A DNA stretch of 64,000 nt, from assembly GCA_964187785.1 (NCBI GenBank), contig OZ076409.1, positions 30,010,001 through 30,074,000 of the forward strand, in the 5' to 3' direction. The notes beneath the pieces are model-generated. The model was not told the DNA's origin. It did no database searches and saw nothing but the letters and a program-made list of their open reading frames with translations. The translations under genes and the position numbers were made by a program. Positions 63,544 through 64,000 of the stretch are shown piece by piece. Positions within the stretch are counted from its first letter, which is position 1; every line of letters starts with the position of its first letter. The DNA comes from Amphiscolops sp. MND2022 (Eukaryota).

Positions 63544-64000
63544 CAAGTTTCGTTCGAATCGCGTGTGCAGATTTTGAGATGATCAGAAAATCCGAAATTG
63601 GCCGCTTTTTGGTCATTTTTGGTCTTGTTTTGGCTGTTTCTCACATCCCAGGTATACTATTTTGATGCCATTGCTCATGCGGCAACACCTTTGGATGTAG
63701 AATGACTGCCAATATTTATAAAAACCGTGTGGACCCTTAAAAAATTGATTTTTTAAATTCTCGCTCGAATGAAAAATTTTAATTCGGATATAACATCAAA
63801 TATTCAGATATAGCGCATTTGTTCTGTGGTACACGTTTTTTGGGAAACGATCTTATGCTACTGTAGAAAGTTGGTACATGTTTACAGGTCTTTGGCTGAA
63901 ATTATTATACGATTCTCATTCTTATTGAACTTTTATGGGTCCTAAGTAGAGATTATTCTCAGTCAGAAAAGGCATTGTAAACAAAACTTGACATATGTGT

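Larger units (their letters stand above)
53984..64000. mobile_element. Giant fold-back element P2 (same family as P1; right end outside the window), apparently in PLC intron 2
   Basis: 54179-59715 is the reverse complement of 59834-64000 apart from array length and small indels; 118-bp spacer at 59716-59833. The left end is AGTAGTAAGGAA followed by G8. Confidence 0.93.

Noticed and set aside
53984..64000. P2 as a fold-back read or assembly artefact
   Set aside because: The arms differ by substitutions, array length and a one-arm insertion, and a second diverged copy folds at the same point. Long-read confirmation is still desirable.

Overview
AT-rich, repeat-dense eukaryotic (metazoan-type) DNA; there are no prokaryotic genes or CRISPR arrays. 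The only recognisable host gene is the 5' end of a phospholipase C-beta (PLCB4/norpA-like) gene, with exons at 50287-50397 and 52203-52283. Conventional transposon debris includes a tandemly triplicated zinc-finger/tyrosine-recombinase pseudogene (1-4250), a decayed BEL/Pao retrotransposon, a pogo/Tigger element and MITE, a hAT deletion derivative, a Gypsy fragment carrying a TARG1/OARD1-like macrodomain, and two Helentron/HINE-like families. The main observation is two copies of a giant fold-back (palindromic) element, P1 (about 23545-36000, axis about 29584) and P2 (53984 to beyond 64000, axis about 59775). Each starts with AGTAGTAA plus a G-run, and each arm carries an 84-bp tandem array and a thymidine kinase pseudogene (full-length with an intron in P2, 3' remnants in P1). 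Between them lies a different long-inverted-repeat element (E2, about 36010-48025) that also ends in ACTACT and carries small virus-like cargo ORFs (PC4-like, HUH-motif, MATH/TRAF-like). All alignments were done by eye, so boundaries and identities are approximate.
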